A stretch of 64,000 bases of DNA from NCBI GenBank assembly GCA_030265395.1, contig JARFYF010000052.1:115108781-115172780 (forward strand). Direction: 5' to 3'. Below, piece by piece: positions 37,091 to 50,827 of this stretch (positions within the stretch are counted from its first letter, which is position 1; each line of letters opens with the position of its first letter). The DNA comes from Rhina ancylostomus. Lineage: Eukaryota. The translations under genes were made by a program, and so were the position numbers. The notes under the pieces were generated by a model. The model saw nothing but the letters and a program-made list of their open reading frames with translations, ran no database searches and was not told the DNA's origin.

Positions 37091-40000
37091 TCCTATCAAA
37101 CATTAATCTTATTGATAAACCACCACCGCAGAGAAAAAAATTAGATGTATTAGTCATGGTTTACCATTCACAGGATGGTGCTATGTTTGATGTATATTGT
37201 ACAAATACCTGCAATTTAATGAGAGATACAAAGGTCAAAACAGAAAGAATTTTCAAACCCTGAGATTGTCTTCTAGCACAAAATTAATAAATGCCGGCAC
37301 AGAATTACAAGTAAACCTTAGGTAGCAGATAATTATCAGAACAAAGAAAAAAATTACCCCACAATAATTAAATTGTATCATTTTGCTTTTTGTCACTAGT
37401 GCTTCACAATAATCAACCACAGATTACTGATAGATTAGCAGTTCATTTCCTTTTCACTTGATTGTCCTCCTTGCTGGCAAAGATTTCATTCGCACCCGAT
37501 TCATTGACTAGAAATTCTAACTTTGCAGCCTCCCCTCCATCTGGCTCAGTGGGTCGGACTGTGCTATTCCTCCTCCCACTGAAAGGACTCTCCAGAGAGT
37601 GCAGTATCTCTCCACCTTCCTTCTACCTTCCTTTTCACACTGCCCAACCTCAACAACCTCTCCTCTTCAATGCATTGTTTCCTTATATCCATTTTCTCTC
37701 TCTCTCTCTCACATATACTCTCTCGTTTTCTCCTTCCCCTCACCATTTCTTATGACTCTAATAAAGAAGATCTAACCAGTTCTCTGGTATTAAGTGACCC
37801 AATGTAATAAGTTACATATAGTGGCTTTAGAGCATCACCTGCATTAACTTTGATTACAAGTGAGAATGATTTTTTTAAAAATAATGAAATTGAAATTGGA
37901 TTTTTAAAATTGCTTTTGCAATATGTCAAGGAAGAAGGAAGACAGAAGAAATAGTACAACAATACACTATTGAATCCAGTTAGGTCCCAATAACACTATA
38001 ATCCTCATATTTTCAGCAGAGCTTGAAGGATTATGATTGCTTTGGACCAAGTAATTTTGCTTGTTTTCAACTAATACACAAGGGACACTGGAATAACAAA
38101 ACCACTCCAGTCATAAACATATTCAAATATTGAAAAGCTTTATTGGTGTAATTTTAGATTGTCACTAATGAACTCATACAATTTTAATTTAAGAACACGG
38201 TTTATATCTGTTCTTGCATTTGCAATACTTACCTAAGGGAAAACTAATACTTGACTTCCTTTCTTCCTGCTCCCTGGCTCCCATTGTTCATTCTGTGACT
38301 AGGGAAAGATTTTTTTTAACTGCCAAAAACTGAAGTTAAATATTTTTAGGGCTAAATTGAACAGCATCAGGAAAGGGAGCAAGGAGTCTAATGCACATAA
38401 TCTTCACCAGTCTCTCGCATGCTCATAATTATAATATATTGGTCCAGCCATCTTTAACCTTGCTGATAATTGCCTGAGTACATCAGTAGGGAGACCTTAT
38501 TTCATGAGTAGCTAGCACCAATTCAAGCTGTTTGATGTTTCTTAAAGCCAGCTTGCCTATCTCAAAGGTATATGGATTGTAGCTGCAGCAGGTGGTAAAG
38601 ACATTTGCAAATGTATGAACAATAGGGAGAGATTATGTTCCAAGACCTCCTGCTTCCCTTCAACCTCCCTGCACAACAATATCAGCCTTCCGTATTTTTC
38701 CTTTCAACCAGCCAAGGGCAGCAATATGGTCAGGCAATTGAGAAGAATGGACCGAGTACAGTACAGTTGAACTGAGGGATGGCCGTTGCATGTGGTAAGT
38801 CAGCAGACATGATACTGAGAAGATGCCATCAAAATACCTTTACATATGACTTCTGCTATAACAGACTAAGGTGAGGACTCTGCTAGTTAAAAAAATGTGA
38901 TGAATCTGCACAGAAAGCATGTGTGCAATCTCAAGGAGCCCACTAGAAACCTTCCACAAGACTTTGTAAAGAGCTTAGAGGCCATCCTTTCCACATAGAC
39001 AGAATGTACCACTCTATTAGCCCATGTGCAGTGCCAAACATCCTGTAGCATCTGATGGCTAATACTCCAGTTTCCATTGTAGAACAAGCAGCAGGGTACT
39101 GTGGTACAGTTAGTTACATTAATGGACTAGTGGTCAGAGTTCTGACCATTTCAGAAGGCTTGATGCAAATACAAATTGCTTGACCTCCTGGCATACCATT
39201 CCTTGTAAATTTTCAAAACCCCGTGGAATTTAGAAACATCAGGTAATGGTTAACTCATACCAACATTCTGTAGAAATGATCGGCAACTAATCTGCAAGCA
39301 TTGGATTAATGGAATTAGCTCATGGTGATGGGATGTGAATTATTGTTGGCTGCTGAATGTTTGACCTTCTATGTGCCTTACACACATGGCATTAGTTACA
39401 TTATTGAGAAGCAGTTTGGCAGCATCAGAGATACATCAGCATTATGTTAATTGATTTCATTATCTACTTACTCTGCATATTTCTAACAAGCATAAGAATT
39501 ACACAAGAAAGCACTCTTCCCAATGTGGTTCATGCAGCAAATACTTTCACTGATATTGGACACTCAAAATGAGAAACTTCTCCTTTAATGCATGCTGACA
39601 CTAAAAATAACTTTGTGCTTCAGTGCTGGATTACTCCTGCCTGTATATTTCTCCTATTTCATAGAAAAGAAGATTCATCAACAGATCAAATCCAGACCTT
39701 CAAGTGTGTTCCTAAATATAATAACTAAAATGTTTTGGATGTGCTTCAATTGGCAATAGTACATTACACTGAGCTTAATACTCCATCCCTCTGAATTAAT
39801 ATTAACCTGGCCTGTTTCAAGTTGTTCATCTCAAGAGGTCAAGGTGATATTCGTTCATCATTTCACAATTGAGTGTTGTTCATTTCTTTGGACATCAACA
39901 GTTGATCAAGAGTATTATGTTTCTATGTCAGTATGAAGGTTTCATTGCATTAGGCAGAAAAAATAATCAGACCGACTTACAGTGGAACCAAAGTTCACAA

Positions 40001-41624
40001 TTATAATGTAAAATTGCTTGAAGGTGATTTGATGTCGATATTTCTTTGAAATTTGACTTTTTTTTCCCAATAAATGTTTCTCCTTGCACCCACTGTGTTA
40101 GAGTCAGTGACAGTGAACAATCACCTGCATCCCACAAGCACCATTTTGATTCTACTGAGCAACAGAACAATCTACACAATGACCCATATTTAGCGAATCC
40201 TCTGAAAAATACAACTGATAAAAATTACTTTAATCAAGGTTTACTGTGCACCAAAAGAAATAAGAAATGCAGTTCAATGCCCTGTTTAATCCATGGACTC
40301 CTTGGACATATTTTTGAGTGTCAATCAGGCCTTTACCTGAGCTCATCTGATGCCCTCAGATCCCAACAATGAATGTAAAAAGGTTTTTGTCTTTATTAGT
40401 TCTCAATTTGACAATTCCAAAGGGTTCCCAACAAATGTTGTATCTTCCATCCTTTGTAAGCGGACAATCATTCAAAATTCTGGACAATCCATTTGCGTGC
40501 CAGGAGCCAAAGGTTCAATGTTCAACACACGTCCAAATTTGAGCTTATTACCGAAATTACAGCAAGTTGCAGCTGCTATTGGAGCAATTGGTTTCCTGTT
40601 GTCAGCTTGTTATGGATCAATTTTAACAGACACTGATGCTGGCCAGAGTACTCAAGAGGGTCTTGGGGTGGCAAGGTTCCATGGGGACAGGGATGGGCTA
40701 ACTGCAAAGAGGCAAGCTCACATCAAGTCCTAATGTAGAAGTAGGAAGAACAATTCAGCTTCTCCTATCTCCATATTGCTAAGGTAAGTTAAAAATTAAA
40801 AAAAATATTTTCTTCTTTTAATATCATGGCTGAGGTTATAAAATAACCCATATTCTAACAGCAGCATGCTCTAATAAATGTTGTTACATTTTGAAGCAAG
40901 TTTCATAAACACCCATTAGGCACTTTTTAGTGCAAGAGCCAAATGCCGGTTTGAGGAGATTGTCCAGAATGCCTAAATAATGCCTGACACAAAGCGGTAT
41001 CAGGTGTGCTTCTGCCTCTCTATGGATATAAGAAATAACCCAAAAAATTGACAATTTTACTTCCAAAATATGGGCACAATGTTTTACTTTCCCCCTTTGT
41101 AGGCATTAGCCACTTACCCGGAGAATTGGTCCAGAAGAGCTATTACTCCCCACAGTGAGAATTAACATATAATTGTTTAAGTGATATAATTATCAAGTCC
41201 TGCAGGCATCCTGATATGGATGTTTCTGTCATTCATTCAAGCACAGAAACTTCCACTTAAAAGGGAGAAACTAAGAAATAACAAGTATACCAAATAGATT
41301 TTTTGAAGGAACACTGAAAATTTGCTTACAGGTTTGGATTTTTTCTTTGATCTGCTGTAATTTTCAACAGTTAGAGATGCACAGTGGAAGATGAAATAGT
41401 TTCCTCCTGATTACTCAAATATTAAACACAACTTCCTTCAAAACTGTGCAAGAACAAGGAGAGGCAATGGACTGGATATTGCAGGGAATTGATGACAGTT
41501 CTACACATAACCGGTAACGTTTCTGCACGCAAGTTCCAGCAGGTCTGGTATATCTGCGCACTTCTGCATAAACATGGCCCTCTTGAACAACATGCTGCTG
41601 TTATAAGGCAGGACATTTTGTATG

Positions 41625-41968
41625 AAAAGATGGACTCTTGACCTCACAATCTTAACTCAGTATGGCCTTGCACCTTATTGTCTGTCTGCACTGCACTTTC
41701 TCTGTAACTGTATTCTGTTCTGTTATTCTGCATTCTGTTATTGTTTTTCCCTTGTACCACCNNNNNNNNNNNNNNNNNNNNNNNNNNNNNNNNNNNNNNN
41801 NNNNNNNNNNNNNNNNNNNNNNNNNNNNNNNNNNNNNNNNNNNNNNNNNNNNNNNNNNNNNNNNNNNNNNNNNNNNNNNNNNNNNNNNNNNNNNNNNNNN
41901 NNNNNNNNNNNNNNNNNNNNNNNNNNNNNNNNNNNNNNNNNNNNNNNNNNNNNNNNNNNNAATAATAA
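41625..41968 (+). mobile_element. Rex1/Babar-like LINE 3' UTR (partly N gap)
   Basis: ctcttgacctcacaatc...ccttgcaccttattgtctgtctgcactgcacttt; near-identical to 47882-48000. Clade assigned from recalled tail motif. Confidence 0.65.
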
Positions 41969-44076
41969 GTTTTCTCAAGCAATTTACTCAAAGAACATGG
42001 TTAGATCTAATCCAGGGTCTGCACCTCCATTTTCTTCAAAGAACACATCAATAATATTAGACCTTTTAAAATTATCTCAGTTCATTTAATAATAAAAATG
42101 ATCTTTATTTGTTTAAATATTTGTTTCATATTTTTAATAATTTAATTAATTTTTAACTTTTGGAATGCTTTTAAAAGACTCAGAAAATATTCAGAATATT
42201 TTGACAGTTTTGACAGCCAGTTAAGTTTAGGGATATAGGTTAGACTGGTACCCAAGTTCTTTTCCTCAGCTCCATAGATAATGTTTATTTTGGCCTCACC
42301 TCATGATGGCATTTCCAAGAGAAAAGTTGTTCCCAGTCATACCAGCGAGCTTGGAGCCAGTATGTCGTTACAATGTCACACCGAGGAAACTGCACAAATA
42401 GGCCAACCGCGAGCTTGGCTCAATTGCCACCAACTGCAAGTTCTCAGCCAGTAAAACTGGAGTCTGCTTTACGGCTTCACCAATTAAATTCCTTAGTATA
42501 TAGAAAATAATCAATGCTGTAAGTGCTAATTTGTCTTCATGGATTTAGTAATATAAATACATGAATCTCACTTTGATTTCATGCATTTTCATTGCTACTG
42601 CTTTGGTGACTGTTAAAAGGACCAGTGCTGGCATGAGCTTGCAGCACCTTTACTAAGCTGAATTTTCTTTGCTGGGAACTAAACAGCATGCCTGTCAATG
42701 TACTGTAACCTTCAAGATTACTGATTGAAAACAGCAGTTAATTCTGTAGACAATTTCTTAAAAGCTACATGGTGTGCATCATTGTGACAAATTTGTTCAA
42801 CCACTTGTTAATTTTATGGTTATTTGGAGCAAATACACAATGTTATTTCCAATATCCTGCTGCTCCACTGGATGGAATTATGTGTTGATGTAATTTTTTG
42901 GCGGGTACTTATTGTCCAGTTCATATGGCTTGTCATTTGATGACAATAAGCTTGGAAATACCATTTATAGATTATTGAAGCACACGCAACCCAAAATTAT
43001 CTCCAGCCCATGAATCACAGAGTATTATCTTCCAAAGTTGCCTACCAATGAAAGAGGCTCTCCCTTTTATGAGGCAAAAATAACTTCTAAACTTTAAGAT
43101 TTTGGAATAGGTGTTACTTTGCACAATGCAATAAACAGAACCATCCTACTTGGTTATTAAGAGCAAAGATGCTATTTTGCGATAAGAAAGCCTGGTTTTT
43201 GGTTGAATATCTGATCATTAATTGATATGCAACAGGCCTGTGCTTGAGCTGTGAGATGAGGATTTTAGAATATTAACTACCTCCAATCTTGATCTAGCTA
43301 GTGCAAATGAGATTAAGAATTATCAGATGGCCTTTAATGTCATGACCACAGAAATAGACAGAAGAACAAGAAGTAAATATTGGCTAGGCTCCCAGAAACA
43401 ATACAATCCAATTAGTGTTAATAATGCTAGATAATCTCTGATGCTATTGATCCTTGTGATTGGGTTGCCTAGCAACCAAGACAAGCAATACAAGCATTGT
43501 CTCCAATATAAAAGGAGCAAAGAAGACTTGCTTTTTTATTGTTCCTGAAGCAGAACAAGAAGATATCAGTGAGATTATGGCACCAACTAGAAAGTAATTT
43601 GTGCCAATATTAGTTGATTTTAATGCTATTAAATACAGTACTGTAGAAAATCATTGAATTTGCAGCCATTCTGTATGCATTAGATGAATACTTAATATCT
43701 AAAAGGTGCATCATCTGGTGTTATGACAATGATTGGTCCTGAGTGAGCTTTTCTGATTGCATGTTTCCACACTCTGGATACTAAGCGCCTAACAACATTT
43801 AAGTTGATGATTTGACCATCAAACCTCTGATCTCCACCTGCATTGTAAATAATGGACCTTACTGAAAAACATATGAACAGGATATGAAATGTACACCTAT
43901 TTATTAAATAATCAGGTCACTGAATACTCACCATCTATGTTTGGTGTGCAAACCAACGAGGAGCTGAGACAATCCGATTAAGCAGTCACACTGTCTTCAA
44001 TTGGCCATCAAACTCAACATAAACTTTAATTAACGTGCATCTTGTCTACTTTTGTTTGCCTTAGTCATACAAGAGA

Positions 44077-45078
44077 AGAATTGGTCATACTTGTTGAGAA
44101 TCTGTCGTAACTGGGAAGAAAAGTGGTATTGGCAAGTTGAAAGGTAAATAGAGAATAACAAAGGGTCTGCCTAAGGTTCACCTTCCAATCATTCTATTAA
44201 ATTAGTACGAGTGAATCAAAGCAGACATTCAAGGCTAAAAGCCTAATTTTACTTTCAGAGAAACTGAGAATTGGAATTCATTGTCACAATCAAAATTTGA
44301 AAATCGGTTATTGGAGAAGGCAACATCTGGATGTGACTCTAAAGGGCAAAAAATTAAACTTACAACCATCTGTTAAAAAACGCAATAAATTTAGGGATAC
44401 AACTCTAAGGAAGTTGGCAATTGTTCAAGACGTCAGCAAAGGAATTTAAAAGAAGAGTGAGGTATAGACCTATTTTGGTCAGTGTTAAACTTACAGAAGG
44501 GAGAGAAAAGGAAGAATCAGGATGAATGCGAAACAGGAACTCCTTTCCTGAGTTGTTCCTCTTCCTGTAAATCAAGCATTATGTTAAAGAAAACAGGGCA
44601 AAAATAAAAATAATGTTTTTAATTTTAAAATGTTAATCTAGGCTGAGCTCAGACAAGCTGTGACCAAGGGGAACCTGAAAAGAGTGAACTTCAGTTGAAG
44701 AGACCTTACCTGAGGAAAAGAAAGGTGATCTAAGTTACCCAGCTATTGAGAAGAAATATGGACTGCTGGANNNNNNNNNNNNNNNNNNNNNNNNNNNNNN
44801 NNNNNNNNNNNNNNNNNNNNNNNNNNNNNNNNNNNNNNNNNNNNNNNNNNNNNNNNNNNNNNNNNNNNNNTGTACTGCTGGAGAGAGTGAATTTGTTGAA
44901 ATTGATGGAATAGTTTATGCTTATAGGATATCCAGGGATTAAAGGAGTATGAAAGCAGAACCAAGCCAAACCATAAAAATCCTTGTAATGGAGAATTGGT
45001 CATACTTGTTGAGAATCTGTCATAACTGGGAAGAAAAGGGGTATTGACAAGTTGAAAGGTAAATAGAGAATAACAAAG
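44077..45078 (+). repeat. 87-bp dispersed direct repeat (44077-44163 and 44992-45078)
   Basis: Two copies 915 bp apart with 3 mismatches. Confidence 0.95.
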
Positions 45079-45127
45079 AGTTATTCTCTTTGTTAAACTT
45101 TAATCTAACTTAATGAATTCTTTTATT

Positions 45128-45830
45128 CATAGATTCATAGTTATATAGCATGGAAACAGGCCCTTCAGCCCAACTCATCCATGCCGATCAAGATCTCATT
45201 TGCCTGCATTTGGCCCATATCCCTCTAAACCTTTCCTTGCTATGTAATTGGCTGAATGTCTTTTAAACTTTGCAACTGCACCTGCCTCTACCACCTCCTC
45301 TGGCAACACTTTCCATATACCCACTACCCTCTGTGTGAGAAACTTACTTCTCGGATCCCCTTTAAACCTTTCCCCTTTCACCTTAAACCTCTCATTCCAA
45401 GAATGAGACCGGTGAATCTCCCTTGGACTGCCTCCAGTGCTCCAAGTAAGGAGATCAAAACTGTGCACAGTGTTCCAGGTGTGACCTCACCAACATCCTG
45501 CATAATTGTAACAAAACTTCCTCATTTTTAATCTCCAACCCCTTTCTGATAAAGGCCAGTATACCATTTGCCCTCTCATCTATTTGTTCCACTTCCCTGC
45601 TAAGTGTTTGTGATTCTTGCTTTGAAACACCTCAATCCCTCTGTACTTCACTCATTTGCAGTTTCTTTCCACTTAGATACTAATCTGCATTTTGATTCCT
45701 CTTGCAGAAGCGCATTAAAGCACTATACTCCATTTGCCAAGTTTTTGCCCAGTCACTTGCCCTTCCACTTTTTATCATTGTATCGGCACACCTGGATTTG
45801 CCACCTCCTTCAGTGCCCCAGTACAAATAG
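45128..45830 (-). mobile_element. CR1 LINE 3' fragments
   Basis: RFKVKGERFKGDPRSKFLTQRVVGIWKVLPEEVVEAG; further upstream WAKTWQMEY; attcatag tail repeats. Confidence 0.9.
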
Positions 45831-47071
45831 TAAATAGTAGACAGTGAATCATAAAAATGTTGCATTGTTGCATTATGATCTCCCTTGTACTGTTTTTTTG
45901 CTGTAATAATGTACAATAGAAGTCCAAAGGTGCTTTAAAATTTCTACTCATTTTCCACCAAACATAATTGGATTCTGAGCAAAAGATCCTGGACAATCTC
46001 CCATGGGTATGAACAAATCTCTCTGGTTTTTGGATGAGGAAGATCATGGTGTGTTGTAATTATAAATTTAGCACTTGGAGATTACTCCAATCATTTAGTT
46101 GGTTGTTGAGATTATTATTTGTTTTCTGTGAATTTGGATTCCATCCAACAATAGAATTTAGACCAACTCAAACTCTGATTTCAAAACTCCCACAAGATGT
46201 AACACTTAATAAGATTTAATTTGGTATACACATTCATAACCCTTGGTTTTCGTACATAACGCTGAGTGCCAACATTCTGTAACTAAAACCTCATTACTAC
46301 TGAAGTCAAATCACCTCATCTGTCGAGAAATGTTGCTTTGTAAAATAAAATTATTAAAATTTTTGAGGCTATGACAAATAACTTGTATGAAATATATAAT
46401 GATTCAGTCCAAAACCATGTCTTATCCTGATATGCAGGAGACACAATAAAAAGAATTTCAGTTTAGCAATGCATATTCTGGGGCAAATTGCAAGCATGAC
46501 ATTAACTGTAAATGAAAATCAGTTGTAGCCTAGAAAAAGAGAGAGGCAAAGTCAGTGATGTGACCATATTATCCCAAACAACATAACAATAATCACCTTA
46601 GAAATAATTTTTATAGACACTGCTTTTGCTTCAATTTTTCAGTCTTGAATATTAACTTTCATTTTTCTATCCTTGATTCTGTTTTATCAAAATTGCATTC
46701 ATGATGTAACTTTCACACTGGCCATATATTTTATAATTTATATTAGATAAACATTAATAAGAACTTCTTAAATACTGTAGTGTAAATATTGCAACATTAG
46801 TGCTCAGAATATGAACAGATAATATTTTTGAGAGGAAGAAGAGGTAATATCTTGAACATTATGCTTTAAATGCTAAGAAATTTCATTTTACTGTCTTAAT
46901 GAATGCAGTGGGATGTTCTCCAGTGGACACCCATTGGATCAAATGCTTCGGATGCTAGGATATGATGTCTCTGTATTTTCACTTCTCAGAATGGGGTTTT
47001 ATCCATAGAAGTGAGTCAAAGGACATTCCACAAAGTTATGATTGGTTATTAATGGAGTGAAAGGCTTAGTG

Positions 47072-47292
47072 GCATTGCTACGGTAGTGTAGTGGTTAGCT
47101 ATTACAGCGCTAATGTCCCGGGTTCAATTCCTACTGCTGTCTGTAAGGAGTTTGTATGTTCTCCCCATGTCTGCGTGGGTTTCCTCCCACATTCCAAAGA
47201 TGTATGGTTAGAAGTTGTGGACATACTATGTTGGCGCAAAAAGACATATTTCACCATGTGTTTTAATGTCCATGTGACTAATAAATAAATAA
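47072..47292 (+). mobile_element. V-SINE (internally deleted) with Rex1/Babar-like tail
   Basis: cggtagtgtagtggttagc..cccgggttcaattcc..tttgtatgttctccccatgtctgcgtgggtttcctccc..catgtgactaataaa. Confidence 0.88.
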
Positions 47293-47621
47293 GTACATTT
47301 TAATAAATTGATTCTGTATGCAGATAGTGTATTGCAAAATATTTTCTTTCTTTTTTCACCTCATTTTCTTTCCTTCCAAATATATTGACTTCCATGCTTT
47401 GCAATTCTACTAACTATGAGAATCCTCCTGCTTTTTGCCTTTGTAGCCAATTTTGATGAGCCACCAAACAATCTTCCTTAAAGGCTATCTCAGCCGTGGT
47501 TACGTCTGTCTATGTGTATTTATCAGCCTAGTGACCTTGAATGACTGTTGAGTGATGATTAGGAGACATTATCTGCTCTAACCTTGGAATACAATGGGCC
47601 TGTGACCAACCGTGAAAAATA

Positions 47622-47720
47622 ATTTCTGGGAAGGATCATTGACCTGAAATGTTAATTCTGTTTTTCTCTCGAGAGATACTATCTGACCTTCTGAGGTCTT
47701 CCAGCATTTTCTGTTTTTCT
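47622..47720 (+). mobile_element. Penelope pLTR fragment with decayed hammerhead
   Basis: ttctgggaaggatcattgacctgaaatgttaattct...tctgaccttctgaggtcttccagcattttctgtttt. Confidence 0.7.
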
Positions 47721-47881
47721 GGCTTGCATTATTTGGATGGCAAGGACAAAAGTTTGACAGTGAACAAAGCCCAGTGCAAAAACACAAAACAAAATAAGTT
47801 CAGTAACATATAATAATGTGTCTGTTACGATCTCCTTCATTAGCAAGACATCATAGGAGAGAAAGTCAACTTAGAACTACC

Positions 47882-48100
47882 CTCTTGACCTCACAATCTA
47901 CCTTGTTTGACCTTGCACCTTATTGTCTGCCTACAATGCACTTCCCTGTAGCTGTGACACTTTACTCTGTATTCTGTTATTGTTTTCACCCTGTACTACC
48001 TCAATACACTGTGTAATGAATTGATCTGTATGAACGGTATGCAAGACAAATTTGTCACTGTATCGCGGTACAAGTGACAAAAATAAACCAATACCAATAT
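47882..48100 (+). mobile_element. Rex1/Babar-like LINE 3' UTR
   Basis: Ends tcactgtatcgcggtacaagtgacaaaaataaaccaataccaata; homologous to 41625-41760. Confidence 0.7.
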
Positions 48101-48491
48101 CATTTTATAACTGAAAGGTAGAAGTCAGCAGTTGAAAATTAGAGGTGGAGGTGGAAGGTACTTTTCTGAACTTGCTGGAGGTTTGCCTCTCCTCCACTTC
48201 TCCTCATCAGATGGCCTGTTGACTCTCACAGGATAGCACCATCTGATGAGCTGACAGTTTGGCAGACATGATAACCACAGTTCACTTGGAAGATTTAAAT
48301 AATAACCTAAATCAAATTGGCTTTCATGACAGCACACAAAGGTAGAGTGCCTGGTTTGCTGCATTGCATAGAATGTGAATTTCTTGTCCATTTCTCAAGT
48401 AGCGTTGACATTACATCTTGTTAACTTTCTAGCATTTATAGTGAGGATAGCTATGTCTCATGCTACAAATGAAAAAAAGACAGAAAAATGT

Positions 48492-49375
48492 TCACAAGAG
48501 ATTCTGCAGATGCTGGAATCTGGAGCAACACACATAAAATGCTGGAGGAACTCAGCAGGTCAGGCAGCANNNNNNNNNNNNNNNNNNNNNNNNNNNNNNN
48601 NNNNNNNNNNNNNNNNNNNNNNNNNNNNNNNNNNNNNNNNNNNNNNNNNNNNNNNNNNNNNNNNNNNNNNNNNNNNNNNNNNNNNNNNNNNNNNNNNNNN
48701 NNNNNNNNNNNNNNNNNNNNNNNNNNNNNNNNNNNNNNNNNNNNNNNNNNNNNNNNNNNNNNNNNNNNNNNNNNNNNNNNNNNNNNNNNNNNNNNNNNNN
48801 NNNNNNNNNNNNNNNNNNNNNNNNNNNNNNNNNNNNNNNNNNNNNNNNNNNNNNNNNNNNNNNNNNNNNNNNNNNNNNNNNNNNNNNNNNNNNNNNNNNN
48901 NNNNNNNNNNNNNNNNNNNNNNNNNNNNNNNNNNNNNNNNNNNNNNNNNNNNNNNNNNNNNNNNNNNNNNNNNNNNNNNNNNNNNNNNNNNNNNNNNNNN
49001 NNNNNNNNNNNNNNNNNNNNNNNNNNNNNNNNNNNNNNNNNNNNNNNNNNNNNNNNNNNNNNNNNNNNNNNNNNNNNNNNNNNNNNNNNNNNNNNNNNNN
49101 NNNNNNNNNNNNNNNNNNNNNNNNNNNNNNNNNNNNNNNNNNNNNNNNNNNNNNNNNNNNNNNNNNNNNNNNNNNNNNNNNNNNNNNNNNNNNNNNNNNN
49201 NNNNNNNNNNNNNNNNNNNNNNNNNCCCAGAATGGTGGTGAATGAGGAGGTGTAAGGGCAGGTGTAGGACTTAGTGCGGTTGCAGGGATAAGTACTGGGA
49301 AGGTCATCTGCAGGGAGGGACAAGTGGACAAGGGAGTCGCGGAGAGAGCAATCCCTACAGAAAGTGGAGAGAGAA
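48492..49375 (-). mobile_element. Penelope-like element 3' part (mostly N gap)
   Basis: pLTR end cacaagagattctgcagatgctggaatc...gctggaggaactcagcaggtcaggcagca; reverse translation STYPCNRTKSYTCPYTSSFTTI (Cys motif preceding the GIY-YIG domain). Confidence 0.85.
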
Positions 49376-49698
49376 TGTTCGTATGTGTTTTAGCTGGTGT
49401 AGATTGTAAATCAATTCCATAAATTTCTTATTAATTTGATTCAAGATTGTATTAAAGTTGGTACCTCCATGAATACCATTTGTATCTTCTGATGCCTCAT
49501 TGTAAAATATGCATGGTATGAACAGTAATTCTGTATGAAGAACAGTTGGGCAAAGACAAGCGTTTCGACATAGTACAAGGTTAGTTAAGCACTATAAAAA
49601 CCTGGTTTGTATTGGAGTCCTTTGCAGGAGTGCCATTGGAGTTCTACGTTAATTTACTGTGCTTTAGTATTTTTAGTTGATGGTTAATAAATGTTATC

Positions 49699-50412
49699 AT
49701 GATGGTAAATTTACATGAGGAAGTAAAGCATGATTTGCTGGGTTCATTTGAAGATGCTGCCAAATTAAGAAATGCAATAAAGGGTTTGTGTATTGATGAA
49801 GATGGCATCATTGAAGTATTGGCCAAAAGAACTATCACCCAGAGGCAGCAGATCAAACTGGATTTCAAGACTGCCTTCGGTAGGGACTTGATTAGTGATC
49901 TTGAGTCTGAAGTATCTGGGAACATTGAGAAGGTGGTTCTTGGATTAATGATGACTTCTGCCTTGTATGATGCACATGAAATGAAGAATGCAATAAAGGA
50001 TGCTGGCTCGGATGAAGGTTGTTTGATTGAAATTTTGGTTTTGTGGAATAATTGTGAAATCCAGCAGATTGTTGCCACATACAAGAAAGAGCTTGGCAAG
50101 AATCTGGAGGATGATATCTGCGGGGACACTTCTCACATGTTCCAAAGAGTGCTCGTGTCTCTATCAATGGGAGAGAGAGATGAAGAAGGTCATTTAGTTG
50201 AGCAGCAAGGCAAAAAGGATGCATCGACACTGTATGATGCTGGTGAAAAACAATGAGGAATGGATGAAGTTCCATTCTTGAGCATTGTCTGTATCAGGAA
50301 CCCATTGCATTTGAAAAGAGTATTTGAAGAGTGTAAGAAGATTCCTAACAAGGACATTGAGGCCAGCACTGAGGAAGAGATGTCTGGCAGCCTGGAAAGT
50401 TCTTTATTGGCC
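49699..50412 (+). pseudogene. ANXA4: Processed annexin pseudogene, best resembling annexin A4; covers repeats I-III only
   Basis: Intronless 238-codon frame with EDAAKLRNAIKGLCIDED, GRDLISDLESEVSGN, AGSDEGCLIEIL, DTSHMFQRVLVSLS, LYDAGEKQ*GMDEV, SGSLESSLLA. TGA at 50254-50256 replaces the Trp of WGTDE; homology stops after LLA. Confidence 0.9.
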
Positions 50413-50827
50413 CAGTCTGAAATCTGTCAGAATAGTTTCATACGACAAACAAAGCTGTTCTCTCGGTTGTATGTTTTCCCCACAACTATGGTGCAGTCAG
50501 GAATCTCCTCAGCTGCATAGATCTCGATTGGGAGCAGGGGGTGTAAATTATTGAAAATGCACAATTGAGCAATGAAAGTGTACAGGATGCACATATCAAC
50601 ATGTGTCAAATTCAAGTAGATTGTACACAAATCAATTGTACTCTCTTGGATGAGCATCTCTGGCTGTGTAACTTGTCAGATGCACCTGTAAATGTTTAAA
50701 TTTTGCAAGAGTACCATTTTGAAAACTGGAAGCGGTGAGCCATTGCCGTAACATACCTGTTGTATTTCAAGGTTGTTCTGTTTAAATGGTACATTCCATT
50801 TTAACTGTACTGACACTGTGACACATT

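Noticed and set aside
48375-49331. Long ORFs of 255-288 aa in the ORF track
   Set aside because: They are open only because they run through Ns; the real flanks are Penelope sequence. The same applies to other X-rich ORFs.
49699-50256. 185-aa ORF as a functional annexin gene
   Set aside because: Intronless, premature stop at a conserved Trp with homology continuing in frame, disrupted calcium loops and no repeat IV.
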